This document shows, one piece after another, positions 38,326 to 48,755 of a DNA stretch of 64,000 nt. The notes beneath the pieces were generated by a model that searched no databases, was not told the DNA's origin, and was given only the letters and a program-made list of their open reading frames with translations. A program made the position numbers and the translations under genes. This DNA comes from Planctomycetaceae bacterium. Lineage in GTDB: Bacteria > Planctomycetota > Planctomycetia > Planctomycetales > Planctomycetaceae. The stretch lies in contig JBJHAW010000003.1 of the NCBI GenBank assembly GCA_050485185.1, positions 27,653 to 91,652 on the forward strand, in the 5' to 3' direction. Numbering within the stretch: the stretch's first letter is position 1; every line of letters starts with the position of its first letter.

Positions 38326-40032
38326 TCAGCCGGGGCCTCGCAAGAACCAGGCGTAATCGAAACCGTCGATGCTAGTGACGGTGACGGCAGTCACCAACGC
38401 TTGTGCTGCCCCCAGGAGCACCCAGGGAATATTGGCGAACCGCGGGGAAGTGGGGTCTGCCAGCGTGGGGTTGGGATTGCTGTCAGGCCCGGTGGTCATC
38501 CGCTGATAACGCTGCATTCCGCCGGTGAGTCCACTGACGCCTGCCAGCATCAACAGCGGAAACAGGAAGATCCACAACCGGGCCGCCTCTCCCATGTTCT
38601 TGCCGCTCAGCCAGAGTAACGCCCAGGTGATCAAGACCGCCAAGGCCAAGCGATCAAACGCCTCGCCTGATTGCAATCGGCCCAGTCGAGTGCAAGGTAA
38701 AATCAGCAGCAGGCTGACCGGTGCCCCCAGGCTGAAAATTAACTCCAGAGGATTGACCAACAGCCATGCCAGATAAGTCCGTGTGTTGTGCTCGTAAAAT
38801 TCGCCATGCTTGGCCAGGTTGATGCTCCAGACGTTCCCCATGTTGAGGTCATAACACCACCAAACAAATAACGTCGGCAGTAGAATTCCAGCCATACCAC
38901 CCGCTACCATTTCCCAAGGGAGAAAACGCATCCAGGGTCGGTTCAGAGATCTTTTCCAGTCGGACCGCCAAACTTGCCAAAAGGGCTTCCCGATAGCCGC
39001 AGAATCTGCTGCGGACGCGGACGATGGAGCAGGGAGGGCTCGTTGCCAACTTTCCAGCAGCGTCCACAAGGCCAGAATGACGCCCACGACCAGCAGCGCC
39101 AGGGATAACATCAGCCCGATCCACAAGACGGCTCCTGCCAGCAATGCCCACAGCCCCCGTTGCCAGGCACGCGGCGCGATCAAGCCCAGGGCATACAGGC
39201 AGACGGTCCAGGCGGACAGCAGGGGGAATAAGACGTCCGATTTCGGCATGAAGACCAGCACCCCCGGACACAAAGGCCACAGACCAGCCAGCCACCAGGC
39301 CACGTAGGGTCCGCGAAAGTGCAGCGTCACGAGGAAGATCGGCACCAACGTGAAGGCAGCCAGCAGATGCGTCAACGCCACATTGCCCCACAGCACGGCA
39401 CGATACTCCGGTCGGAATCCGGCTGATCGGCCTCCGCCGTATTCTTCGATGACATCGATCCCATCCTGAATGGCCAACGGCTGTGTGGCCAATAGCCCAT
39501 CCCGTAGCGTGGGGAACTGCTCGCAAAGATTCAGCCAAACGTAAAAGTAAATCGGCAATCCCGGGGGATGCGTCCCCTGATGCAGGTAGTCTCCTTCACG
39601 CACGGTCTGTTCGTAGTCAGCCAGCAGGTCCTGCAAATTTCCTGTGTGCTGAGTAGCCTGCGTGAAATAGCCGGACATTCGCGAGTAATAGGTCACCCAC
39701 GGCAGCCCCGCATGACCGTACACGCCATCGGACTGCCCCCGCATGGTCCACATGGATAAGCCAGCCAACACCAGCAAGCCAGCCAACCAGCCGAGACGCT
39801 CGCCACGCGAGGCCATCGGGACGCGCTGACTCCCTCCCCACACAAACGCCAGGTAGCAGCCCAGGCACAGCAGATTCACCAACACACCCAACAGACTGGA
39901 AGCCCCCGCAGGGACCCGACTCCAAACCCATTCCTCTGGGATTCCCAACGGCAGGGCTGAACTCAGCAGACCGATCTGCAAGATCACGGCGAGGATCAAC
40001 CCTGTCAGCCAGAACAGGCGACCGAACTGCAT
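38326..40032 (-). CDS. Polytopic membrane protein, GT-C-fold glycosyltransferase-like
   Basis: Multiple TM helices; periplasmic loop with GTHPPG; DVLFP; EAARLWIF. Confidence 0.55.
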   Translation of the reverse strand: MQFGRLFWLTGLILAVILQIGLLSSALPLGIPEEWVWSRVPAGASSLLGVLVNLLCLGCYLAFVWGGSQRVPMASRGERLGWLAGLLVLAGLSMWTMRGQSDGVYGHAGLPWVTYYSRMSGYFTQATQHTGNLQDLLADYEQTVREGDYLHQGTHPPGLPIYFYVWLNLCEQFPTLRDGLLATQPLAIQDGIDVIEEYGGGRSAGFRPEYRAVLWGNVALTHLLAAFTLVPIFLVTLHFRGPYVAWWLAGLWPLCPGVLVFMPKSDVLFPLLSAWTVCLYALGLIAPRAWQRGLWALLAGAVLWIGLMLSLALLVVGVILALWTLLESWQRALPAPSSASAADSAAIGKPFWQVWRSDWKRSLNRPWMRFLPWEMVAGGMAGILLPTLFVWWCYDLNMGNVWSINLAKHGEFYEHNTRTYLAWLLVNPLELIFSLGAPVSLLLILPCTRLGRLQSGEAFDRLALAVLITWALLWLSGKNMGEAARLWIFLFPLLMLAGVSGLTGGMQRYQRMTTGPDSNPNPTLADPTSPRFANIPWVLLGAAQALVTAVTVTSIDGFDYAWFLRGPG

Positions 40033-40064
40033 CTGCTCTGCTCCCTGGGAGAAGTGATTCTGCC

Positions 40065-40802
40065 CTACTCCACCCGCACCACAATGCAGGAGATGTTATC
40101 GCGGGAACCGCCATTCTGAGCCGCCAGGACAATCTGATCGGCCATATCCTGGGGAGCCGCCGACGAGGAGAGCAATTCCAGCAATTCCGGATCGGCCAGC
40201 CCATCCGTCACGCCATCGGTGCACAGAAAATACACGTCCCCCGATTGTGGAGTCGAGCTTACCAGAGCAGCCCCCTCGGCCCCCTCTTTCGAACCCAGAT
40301 ACCGGTACAACACATTCTTATAGCGATGGGACCGGGCCTCCTCCTCGCTGATGGTTCCTGCATCAACGAGAGCCTGTGTCAAAGAGTGATCTTTGGTGAG
40401 TTGCGTGAGTTCGTTGTTCCGCAGCAAGTAGCAGCGGCTGTCTCCCACGTTGCCGATGTAAAATTCGTCCCCCACCTTCACGATCAGCACAATGGTGGTG
40501 CCCATGTTGTTGAAATCGGGCTCCACGCGACCGAGCGCCATGATCTCGCCATTCGCATAGCAAACGGCTTGATTGATGGCGCTATGCACGTTTTCGGCGG
40601 CATCTCCCAGGAAGTCGATCGTGGAGACCAGTTTCTTGGGCACCAGTTCCACAGCCAGTTGGCTGGCCTTTTCACCGGCGCTTTGACCTCCCATGCCATC
40701 GGCGACAATGAAGAAGCGGTGGTTCTCGTCCACATGAAGATTGTCTTCATTGTTTTGCCGGAAATTCCCGGTGATACTGAGCTGGCCGACTTGAAGCTTC
40801 AT
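40065..40802 (-). CDS. PP2C-family Ser/Thr protein phosphatase (PrpC/Stp-like)
   Basis: [40 protein letters not shown]. Confidence 0.92.
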   Translation of the reverse strand: MKLQVGQLSITGNFRQNNEDNLHVDENHRFFIVADGMGGQSAGEKASQLAVELVPKKLVSTIDFLGDAAENVHSAINQAVCYANGEIMALGRVEPDFNNMGTTIVLIVKVGDEFYIGNVGDSRCYLLRNNELTQLTKDHSLTQALVDAGTISEEEARSHRYKNVLYRYLGSKEGAEGAALVSSTPQSGDVYFLCTDGVTDGLADPELLELLSSSAAPQDMADQIVLAAQNGGSRDNISCIVVRVE

Positions 40803-40885
40803 GATGAAATATGGCTGAAAGGCGTGTGCGAAGAAATGGCCGTCGATAAAAATTCATTGTGACCGCCTTCCCCACGGAAAGCAAC

Positions 40886-41617
40886 TTACAGCAGCGTTTC
40901 GAACAGGTCTTTTACACCGATCGCCGTCGGGCTGATCAGCAGTTCGCCCGCCCGAAAACCGGCACAGGCCCCGTAAAATCGATTCTGACTCTCCAGCAAC
41001 TGAAAAATATGTTCCTTGGACGGAGGGAACTGAGACTGATAGGCACGCACCGCCTCCAGCTTGCATTGCAGTGTGTCGGAAATGTCGTGAATGAACTGCC
41101 CTGCAGCTTGAGGCAAGGACATATTGCGAATCCCCAGATGATACCACAGCTGGCGGGAAACGGTGTGCACGGGCAAATGATCGAAGTGCTCCTCCCACTT
41201 CGTTAGCCGGGAGTAGAACACGGCGGCATCGGTGATTTGCATGGCCTGCCAATGATCCGGCGAGGCGAGCGGCGTTTTGTCCGCAATCCCGATCACCAAC
41301 CGGGGGCGAAACCAGCGGAACAGCTTGGCCAATTCCACGCGTGCCTCGAAGCTGTCGAACAGTCGGCGATTGGGCAAAGCCAGAGTCCGCCGTTCGTGCA
41401 CGCCCAGCAAGCGAGCGGCCTCGGCTGCCTCAGCCAAACGGGACTCCGGGCCCGGACTCAACGGTGTCGGCTCACCATCCGTTAAATCGACGATCCCCAC
41501 CCGATACCCCTGCAACGACAGTTTCGCCAACGTCCCGCCACAGCCGATTTCCACGTCGTCCGGGTGAGCCCCCACGGCAATCACATCCAGCGGTTCGGGC
41601 AATTCGCGTGCGTCCAT
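40886..41617 (-). CDS. bshB1: PIG-L family deacetylase, BshB1-like
   Basis: [39 protein letters not shown]. Confidence 0.75.
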   Translation of the reverse strand: MDARELPEPLDVIAVGAHPDDVEIGCGGTLAKLSLQGYRVGIVDLTDGEPTPLSPGPESRLAEAAEAARLLGVHERRTLALPNRRLFDSFEARVELAKLFRWFRPRLVIGIADKTPLASPDHWQAMQITDAAVFYSRLTKWEEHFDHLPVHTVSRQLWYHLGIRNMSLPQAAGQFIHDISDTLQCKLEAVRAYQSQFPPSKEHIFQLLESQNRFYGACAGFRAGELLISPTAIGVKDLFETLL

Positions 41618-42456
41618 CTCAGCTCCCCCCTCATCCTCATTTTCTGAACCTGTTCACTCCCCTGGTGGTGGAGTCCATGACCTGATTCTATGGAATCTCC
41701 CGCAGGAAGGTAGGTTGCCACAGGCGGACCTGCAAGAATTCAGTCTGCCTGGGGCTGGCTGGTGTCTGCCCGGAATGGCCGTATTTTTCAGGGGAAATCC
41801 AGAGGAGGCCGCGGACGCATCAATGGGTTTTCATGGTTGCCTGTTGGGTGGATCAGGAGGCGGAGGGAAATTATCACTTTTTTCTCGAATGGGCATTTTT
41901 TTCATGGACGAGATGACAAGTTCTGGTATGGTGGCAGCAAATCCAAGGGGGGGAGTCAGTCACCAACAGGGTGAATGTTCCCTGCTTGTGCATCTCTGGT
42001 TCTGGGCTTATTGAGAGTGAGTGCTAGGCCTGAGGTCATCGGGAGTGTGGGTTCGAAGGATCGAACTGCCACGCATCACCGTTCTCCAGGAAGAGAGGAT
42101 TGCTCCGGTGAATGAATACGACAATGATTGTCTTGCTGCCGAGCCGATTCTGGCCCGCGTGAATTGTGGTCGAATGACGCCCAATGCTTTCCGACCACCC
42201 GTGTTTCCCATCTCCACTGCATAAGTGCATTGGCACATCGCCCCGCGACAATTCCAGCGGAGTTCGGGGGCAAAATGCTGTGTTTATACCGGGAAACGTG
42301 GTTATCGACCCATTTGCACCGGGTTGACTTGTATTCCGAAACAATCCTTGGCATGGTGTGAGGTTTTCCCGAACATTTCGTGAAAGTCCTCGGGGTAGGT
42401 CGCGTGATGGACTTACGCGATTTCGCGTCTCAATTTCTTCAGAGTAAAGGGAGTGT

Positions 42457-44187
42457 ATGGTGTCTCGATTCAGCGAATCGATCCAGCCGTTGATGAATGA
42501 AGCCTTGAAAGCCGGGCGACTCAGCTTTCAAAAGATGGATGATTTCCTGCCTGACGAAGGGGGAGATCCCACGCTCATTGATCAAATCGTGCTTGCTCTG
42601 GATGAACTCGGTCTCGACATGTTCGACGATCCCTCGAGCCGAATTCAAAAACTCCCGGAAAAAATTGGTCTGCCCGGCCAGCAGCATATCGAGGAGGAAG
42701 ACACCCCCGAAGACGAGTCCATCCCGGCGATGATCGGGCCCGAAACGCCCGTTTCGTCCCGCGATCCGATTCGCATGTATCTCAGCCAGATGGGGAACAT
42801 TCCTCTGCTGACCCGGGCTGACGAAATTTACCTGGCCAAACAGATCGAAGTGACACGCAAGCGTTTCCGCCGCACGGCGATGGAGTCCGATTTCACGTTG
42901 GACATCGTGGTCGATATGCTCGAAAAAGTTCACAGCGGTGAACTCCCCTTCGAGCGAACTCTGCGGACCTCAGAAACAGAGAACGCCCAGAAGGAACAGA
43001 TTCTGGGCCGTATGGAACCGAACCTGCAGACGCTGCGGCATTTACTGGCCCGCAACCGCGAGGACTTCCAACTTCGCCTGTCTGAAACGGCCAGCCCCGA
43101 AGAACGGAAAGCCGCCCTGGAGCGAATGGTGCTCCGCCGCCGTCGAATGGCGACGTTGTCCGAGGAACTCAGTCTGCGTACGCAACGGCTGCAACCCATC
43201 ATCAAGCGGATGGAGCAGTTGGCCGACAAAATTTCCCAACTCTTGCGGGATATCAAGCGCCTCAAGCGGATGCCCTCGGCTGCCGGAGACGTGTTGCTGA
43301 TGCAGGAGGAACTCAACGAAATCATTCAGGATACTTTGGAACTGCCCGAGGAGTTCATCGCCCGGGTGAAGGAAATCAAGCGGCGTTTCTCCTTCTGGAC
43401 AGAAGCCAAACAGAAACTGTCGGGGGGCAACCTGCGTCTGGTGGTTTCCATCGCCAAGAAATATCGTAACCGGGGCCTCAGCTTCCTGGACCTGATCCAG
43501 GAAGGGAACGCCGGCCTGATGCGGGGCGTGGAAAAGTACGAGTATCGTCGGGGCTACAAGTTCTCGACCTACGCCACCTGGTGGATTCGACAAGCCATCA
43601 CCCGGGCCGTCGCCGACCATGCCCGCACGATCCGCATTCCGGTGCACATGTTCCAAAGCATTTCCACATTGAAAGCGAAAGCGGAACAAATTCGCCAGGA
43701 AACCGGTCGCGAACCGACCATGGAAGAACTGGCTGCCGCGATTGATATGTCGGTCGAAGAAACCGAGCGGATCATGAAGACCTGGAAGCATCCGGTCAGC
43801 CTCGATACTCCGGTCGGCGAAAGTGAAGACAGCAGCTTCGGAGATTTCCTGCAGGACGATTCCGAAAACACCCCTGCCGACACCGCGATGCAACAAATGC
43901 TGCGGGATAAAATCAATCATGTACTGAAAAGCCTGACCTACCGGGAGCGGGAAATCATCAAGCTCCGCTATGGCCTGGGAGATGGTTACAGTTACACGCT
44001 GGAAGAGACGGGCCGCATCTTCAAGGTGACCCGCGAGCGAATTCGGCAGATTGAATCGAAAGCTCTACGGAAATTGCAGCATCAAACCCGCAGCAATCAC
44101 CTCAAAGGTTTTGTGGACGCTTTGTACCCTCTGCTCGATGGGGAAGTCCCGCTGCCGATCGAGGAGTCGGAGATCGTCCCCGCCTGA
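42457..44187 (+). CDS. rpoD: RpoD/SigA-type sigma-70 factor
   Basis: DPIRMYL, NLRLVVSIAKKY, DLIQEGN, KFSTYATWWIRQAITR, TRERIRQIESKALRKL; may be one of several paralogs. Confidence 0.88.
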   Translation: MVSRFSESIQPLMNEALKAGRLSFQKMDDFLPDEGGDPTLIDQIVLALDELGLDMFDDPSSRIQKLPEKIGLPGQQHIEEEDTPEDESIPAMIGPETPVSSRDPIRMYLSQMGNIPLLTRADEIYLAKQIEVTRKRFRRTAMESDFTLDIVVDMLEKVHSGELPFERTLRTSETENAQKEQILGRMEPNLQTLRHLLARNREDFQLRLSETASPEERKAALERMVLRRRRMATLSEELSLRTQRLQPIIKRMEQLADKISQLLRDIKRLKRMPSAAGDVLLMQEELNEIIQDTLELPEEFIARVKEIKRRFSFWTEAKQKLSGGNLRLVVSIAKKYRNRGLSFLDLIQEGNAGLMRGVEKYEYRRGYKFSTYATWWIRQAITRAVADHARTIRIPVHMFQSISTLKAKAEQIRQETGREPTMEELAAAIDMSVEETERIMKTWKHPVSLDTPVGESEDSSFGDFLQDDSENTPADTAMQQMLRDKINHVLKSLTYREREIIKLRYGLGDGYSYTLEETGRIFKVTRERIRQIESKALRKLQHQTRSNHLKGFVDALYPLLDGEVPLPIEESEIVPA

Positions 44188-44213
44188 CCCCGCCCCTTGG
44201 GGCGTCGCACGAT

Positions 44214-44251
44214 AAGCCGCAAATCTATATGGGTTTGCGGCTTTTTCTTTT
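44214..44251 (+). terminator. Intrinsic terminator after the sigma factor
   Basis: aagccgcaaa...tttgcggctt followed by a T-run. Confidence 0.7.
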
Positions 44252-44308
44252 GCATGACTGAGTGTTCGGTATTTCTCGCAAGTCGAAATTTCCAACCAAG
44301 ACAAGAAG

Positions 44309-44508
44309 TTGGGGAAAATCACTTGCCCGGTCTTGGCGTGTGGGGTGAGAATAGCTCAATGATTCCCGTTGAACATGCCGACATGCTGGTTTTGGCGGCT
44401 GGAAACGGGCGAAAGGTTATCGTTCCCGGCGGAAGTCATGCTCCCTACATGAGCGACCCAACGACGTTCCACCCGGAACTGTTGGGGTTCTTGAAGGAGT
44501 TGCAGTGA
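44309..44508 (+). pseudogene. Frameshifted C-terminal remnant of an alpha/beta hydrolase
   Basis: LGKITCPVLA then a frame change at ~44338 to VWGENSSMIPVEHAD...GGSHAPYMSDP (catalytic-His region); no N-terminal part. Confidence 0.6.
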
Positions 44509-44524
44509 GCGACCGACGAAATGA

Positions 44525-44770
<246 letters not shown>

Positions 44771-44867
44771 CAACTGAGGGTGGGCATCCGCGGGGTGGCC
44801 CCGGTTGCTTGCAACCGTTGGGGGCCGCAGGCCAGGGAGGTTCCCCTTTGACCTCTACTATCTCCCT

Positions 44868-44936
44868 GAGTGGCAAGGCGTTAGCCGCCGGTAACTCTCA
44901 ATCCACAATCACCCGCGGCTAGTGCCTTGCGGCTAA
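44868..44936. repeat. Palindromic repeat family F, copy 2
   Basis: ggcaaggcgttagccgc ... gcggctagtgccttgc inverted pair. Confidence 0.7.
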
Positions 44937-45007
44937 TCTGATTTGACGTGTGACAAGTGATGATCCCTTGCTAGCCCATTGCACTGGCAGACAAGCCGAT
45001 CTGGCTG

Positions 45008-45048
<41 letters not shown>

Positions 45049-45075
45049 TGTACGAGATTTTTCCGCGAAATCTCC

Positions 45076-45249
45076 GTGTTACTCAGATGTTAAAGTTTTG
45101 TCTCCTGCGCAAATTTCCTGCATCGTCGCCACATTCTCAGACAAAGCAAGTTAGGGCACTGTTGCCAGAAGCATGTGCAATGTCATCCTCCGCATGTTGA
45201 TCAATAAGTGACCATCGTCTTCGTTCACGTTGCGTCAGGGGGGAGCCTG
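45076..45249. repeat. Repeat family C, copy 2 (with ~37-bp internal insertion)
   Basis: Colinear with 25293-25437 apart from the insert between catcgtcgc and gaagcatgtg. Confidence 0.75.
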
Positions 45250-45582
45250 CCCTGCTCGGATCGCTGACGTCCGTGTCGGCTTTTTACGGGTTCCGTTCCT
45301 CTGCAACCGGTCAAATGTTGGTCTGTCGCTTTCCGGGTGATTGTTGTCTTTGGGCTGCGTTGGCCGACGGGGACGTCGGCGTTTCCAGGGGACAGCCCAA
45401 TCTGCTCTGCTTCTCCTCTGCGCTACTAGGCGTGTCAATGTGAACAGTTTTCATATTGCGCGGAATAGAGCGTTTACACTGGATTTGCGGATCGAAGTCG
45501 CTATTCTAACTTGAGCAAATTTCCCATTTGCCGTTAACGACTCAACTGCACCCAAAATCCCAGTTTTCCAGGAGAGGCCATC

Positions 45583-46728
45583 ATGACGTTGAGATCCAGT
45601 CTGTTTTGGAGCGTATTGCTCTTGTTGTCCGGAATGATCGACAGCGAAGCGGAAGCGCGGCCTCGGCGTGCCTGTCGTCTTTGGCATTGTGGCGTCGGTC
45701 CATATACCTGCATGGACACCTTGCACTGCCAGCCGATTTGCCCTCCCCTCTGTCCGCCCATGCAGTTCCAGGATGTGGAATGCCAAGTGTTGGTGCCACA
45801 AACTCACTATGAAACCCGCAAAATCTGGGTCACGCAGTACACCCAGGAAATGCGCGAACAAGTTGTTGTCACTCATAGACATGTCCCTCGTGAGGTTGTG
45901 CACCAGGTGAACCGCGTGGTCTGCGATCCGGTGGTCCGCGAACGGGAAGTCCCCGTCGTGCGTTACCGTCCTGTCTGGGAAGAGAAGTTAGTCAACTATC
46001 ACTACTGCGAACCCGTTTACGAACAGCACGAGGCGAAACGGGTGGTTTACGATCCCGTCTGGGAAGACATTCAGCGTCCTTACACCGTGATGGTCCCCCG
46101 CCAGGAATGGCACGTTGGACAGCGCATGGTTTGTCGCATGGAGCCGGTGCAGACAACGCGTCCTGTCTGGGTTGATCGGGGCCATTGGGCCGACGTGGTC
46201 GTCGGGACGGCTCCCGTCTGTTTGCCCTGCGGTCCTGGTGGTCCCTGCCACTTCGCCTGCCGACCCATCACTTGCCGCGTCTGGAAACCCTGCCTGGTGA
46301 CGGAACACGTCCCGTGCACCACGTTCCGTCCCGTTCAGGTTCCCGTGGAATTCCGCTACTGCACGACCAGGTGGGAACCACAACAGCATGTAGCCGTGCA
46401 ACGCGTCTGCCGCATGCAACCCCGCGAAGTCCCCTTCCAGTACACCACGTGCCGCATGGTTCCTCGGGTGGGGCAACGTACCATTCAGGTCTGCAGGCAA
46501 GTCATGGAAACCGATGTCCGCGTGGAACAGTACACGGAATGGGTTTCGCGCGTGGTTCCCCAGGAAGTCCGCTCCATCGTTTACGACTGCGTTCCGGAAG
46601 AACGAAAAATCCAGGTCCCCGTCTGTGTGCCGGTCCAGGTCGAACGGGAGATTCAAGTCCCCGTCTGCCGCCTGGTCCCCCAAACCGTGGTCAAGCGAGT
46701 GCTCGTTCCCGGTGCAGGCCCTCTGTAA
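45583..46728 (+). CDS. Secreted Val/Pro/Cys/Arg-rich periodic-repeat protein
   Basis: AGGAG RBS; signal peptide ending EAEA; 14-residue Pro-led repeats. Confidence 0.8.
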   Translation: MTLRSSLFWSVLLLLSGMIDSEAEARPRRACRLWHCGVGPYTCMDTLHCQPICPPLCPPMQFQDVECQVLVPQTHYETRKIWVTQYTQEMREQVVVTHRHVPREVVHQVNRVVCDPVVREREVPVVRYRPVWEEKLVNYHYCEPVYEQHEAKRVVYDPVWEDIQRPYTVMVPRQEWHVGQRMVCRMEPVQTTRPVWVDRGHWADVVVGTAPVCLPCGPGGPCHFACRPITCRVWKPCLVTEHVPCTTFRPVQVPVEFRYCTTRWEPQQHVAVQRVCRMQPREVPFQYTTCRMVPRVGQRTIQVCRQVMETDVRVEQYTEWVSRVVPQEVRSIVYDCVPEERKIQVPVCVPVQVEREIQVPVCRLVPQTVVKRVLVPGAGPL

Positions 46729-46794
46729 CCGTTTCGCTGCAGCAGTGGAGCCTGCGTAATACACGAGCCCCATTGCACTGGAACCACAAGAAAA

Positions 46795-46835
46795 CAGGCT
46801 TGCCGACGGAAACATCGGCAAGCCTGTGATTTTTT
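46795..46835. terminator. Intrinsic terminator between convergent genes
   Basis: caggcttgccga...tcggcaagcctg followed by a T-run. Confidence 0.7.
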
Positions 46836-46892
46836 ACATGGTGGAGTAAATCTGAATGGAATGGGGCCAGCACCAACAGCCCGCAGCAGGCA

Positions 46893-47330
46893 TTATTGGG
46901 ATTCCAGCTCAAAGTTGATTTCATTCGCTCCCGACTGCACCTCTCGAGTGAGAGAGGTTTCCGTGTTGTAGCGTGCGGGAATTTGCTCAGGAGATTCCGT
47001 TGTCGATCCGTCCGGTTGTTGCTTGTACCCCCCTGTCGAGATGCTGACGGTGTGCTGACCAATCACCGCTCCGTTGACATTTTCAGAAAATATCAACGTG
47101 TACCGGCCTTGAGCATCGGTGACACCGGAAGAGGGACGACCACCGTCAACAGGCCGGAATTGCAATTCAGCCCCTTCAACGGGAGAGTTATCGAGCGTGA
47201 CTTGACCTGAGACCCTGCCCAGCGAGGGACGATCACCGACTCCGCCGCCACAACCCGCCATCCCCACCAGGAGTACGAGCATTAACAAATCACGCGTGAA
47301 CAAGGTCTGTGAAAATCGGATACGGTGCAT
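46893..47330 (-). CDS. Lipoprotein with carboxypeptidase-regulatory-like domain (usual DUF1559 partner)
   Basis: Lipobox MAGC; VSGQVTLD, SSGVTDAQGRYTL, GAVIGQHTVSI, IPARYN. Confidence 0.82.
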   Translation of the reverse strand: MHRIRFSQTLFTRDLLMLVLLVGMAGCGGGVGDRPSLGRVSGQVTLDNSPVEGAELQFRPVDGGRPSSGVTDAQGRYTLIFSENVNGAVIGQHTVSISTGGYKQQPDGSTTESPEQIPARYNTETSLTREVQSGANEINFELESQ

Positions 47331-47436
47331 ACGCAAGAGCCCTACATTCAACAGGGAACGGCAAACATTTTGCCAGAGGAATGAACAATAAACCTCTGGC
47401 ATGCTGCGGGGAGACCAGCAGAGACCTTCACAGACC

Positions 47437-48366
47437 TTAGAATTCCCCAAGGACTTCGCCGTCATTGCGAATGCCCAGTTTCTGGTAGGTACTCAGAGGA
47501 CTAACATTGTTCACGGCGTCAATGTTCTCACTCACGAAGCGAACGGCTCCGTCAGCCATCAGGAATTGGGCTCCCCCTTTGTGAACACTGCTGGGCCCAA
47601 ATTGATAAGTGGAAACGCCGTTGATCAAAGCCCAACCATTGCGGGTGGGGATTGAGCCATCCCGGATGGTTTCATAGTTGTTGGGGCCACAAAAATTCGG
47701 TGGAGTGGCTCCATTGGAGTCTGCACGGACTGCAGCCCACGTGCCCCCCCGATGATGGCGTTCCGAGGTCCGCTCCCCATAAGCAAATGTGTTGGAAGTC
47801 CCGTCAGAAACGTCTTTGAATCGGATTTTGCTGTTGACGAAGAAGATACCATTCTGGGCCTGCTTGTTGCTGGTGCAGCGCAGGTCATTGCCTCCACTGA
47901 TTGGCAAATAGTTGGTTTTCGCAATGCGGTGGGTAACGCCAGCAATCACCACAGGAATGTCCTGGTTTTCGTTCGGATTGGGATCAGAACTGGAAGGACA
48001 GGAAAAGGCTGGGAGTTCCTGCCGACAAAGTTGCAGAATCAGTGGGTCCGCCAAGTTGATCGGCCCATTGACCCGTAATTGATCGTATATGGCAGGTTGC
48101 TCCAGAAACGGCAAAATCAATACGTTGGTCGTCCAGCCATGCCCTTCGATGTTCGCCGGTGGGAAGACATTATGGGTGTCATGGTAGTTGTGGAGAGCCA
48201 GCCCGATCTGCTTGAGATTGTTTTTGCAGGAACTGCGTCGCGCCGCCTCACGGGCCTGCTGTACGGCTGGTAGCAGCAAAGCTACCAAGATGGCAATGAT
48301 CGCAATAACGACCAATAACTCGATCAGAGTAAAGGCCGAACGTTTCGTCTCTGCGTGGTTTAACAT
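47437..48366 (-). CDS. DUF1559 prepilin-type N-terminal cleavage/methylation protein
   Basis: [64 protein letters not shown]. Confidence 0.95.
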   Translation of the reverse strand: MLNHAETKRSAFTLIELLVVIAIIAILVALLLPAVQQAREAARRSSCKNNLKQIGLALHNYHDTHNVFPPANIEGHGWTTNVLILPFLEQPAIYDQLRVNGPINLADPLILQLCRQELPAFSCPSSSDPNPNENQDIPVVIAGVTHRIAKTNYLPISGGNDLRCTSNKQAQNGIFFVNSKIRFKDVSDGTSNTFAYGERTSERHHRGGTWAAVRADSNGATPPNFCGPNNYETIRDGSIPTRNGWALINGVSTYQFGPSSVHKGGAQFLMADGAVRFVSENIDAVNNVSPLSTYQKLGIRNDGEVLGEF

Positions 48367-48755
48367 GTGCAATTCCAACAAGTTAAGGGAGTTTCTGAAA
48401 ATACCACCAGCAATCAAGAATACTAGCGAAGACATATCTGCACTTAAGCAATCAGCATATAACGGCTCAGCAGAGAAGTAAAGGGAGAATCGACACTTTC
48501 CCCAGACATGATGGGTGTTTGTTTGTGTGCATTGCGGGGGGCACCCCAGTGTGATTTTCACTCACACAGGACTTATGAGGGCGTGCGGCGTGAATCTGCC
48601 GAGAGCATCGACGTCTCTGTCGGTCAGGTCAGCGCAGCCATAACAGGCCGGCATCACTCGAAGAGTGACAAGCGAACCATTGACTACTCCTCTGAGAAAT
48701 GGGAGTTATCCGCGGAAGCGATGCCGACGGACAGGACGGCGTTCCGATTCAGCGA

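Noticed and set aside
41715-42014. 99-aa ORF upstream of the sigma factor
   Set aside because: No RBS, motif or protein-like composition
44197-44508. Intact 103-aa ORF
   Set aside because: Its N-terminus reads through the sigma-factor terminator; only the 3' part resembles a hydrolase, so it is called a pseudogene
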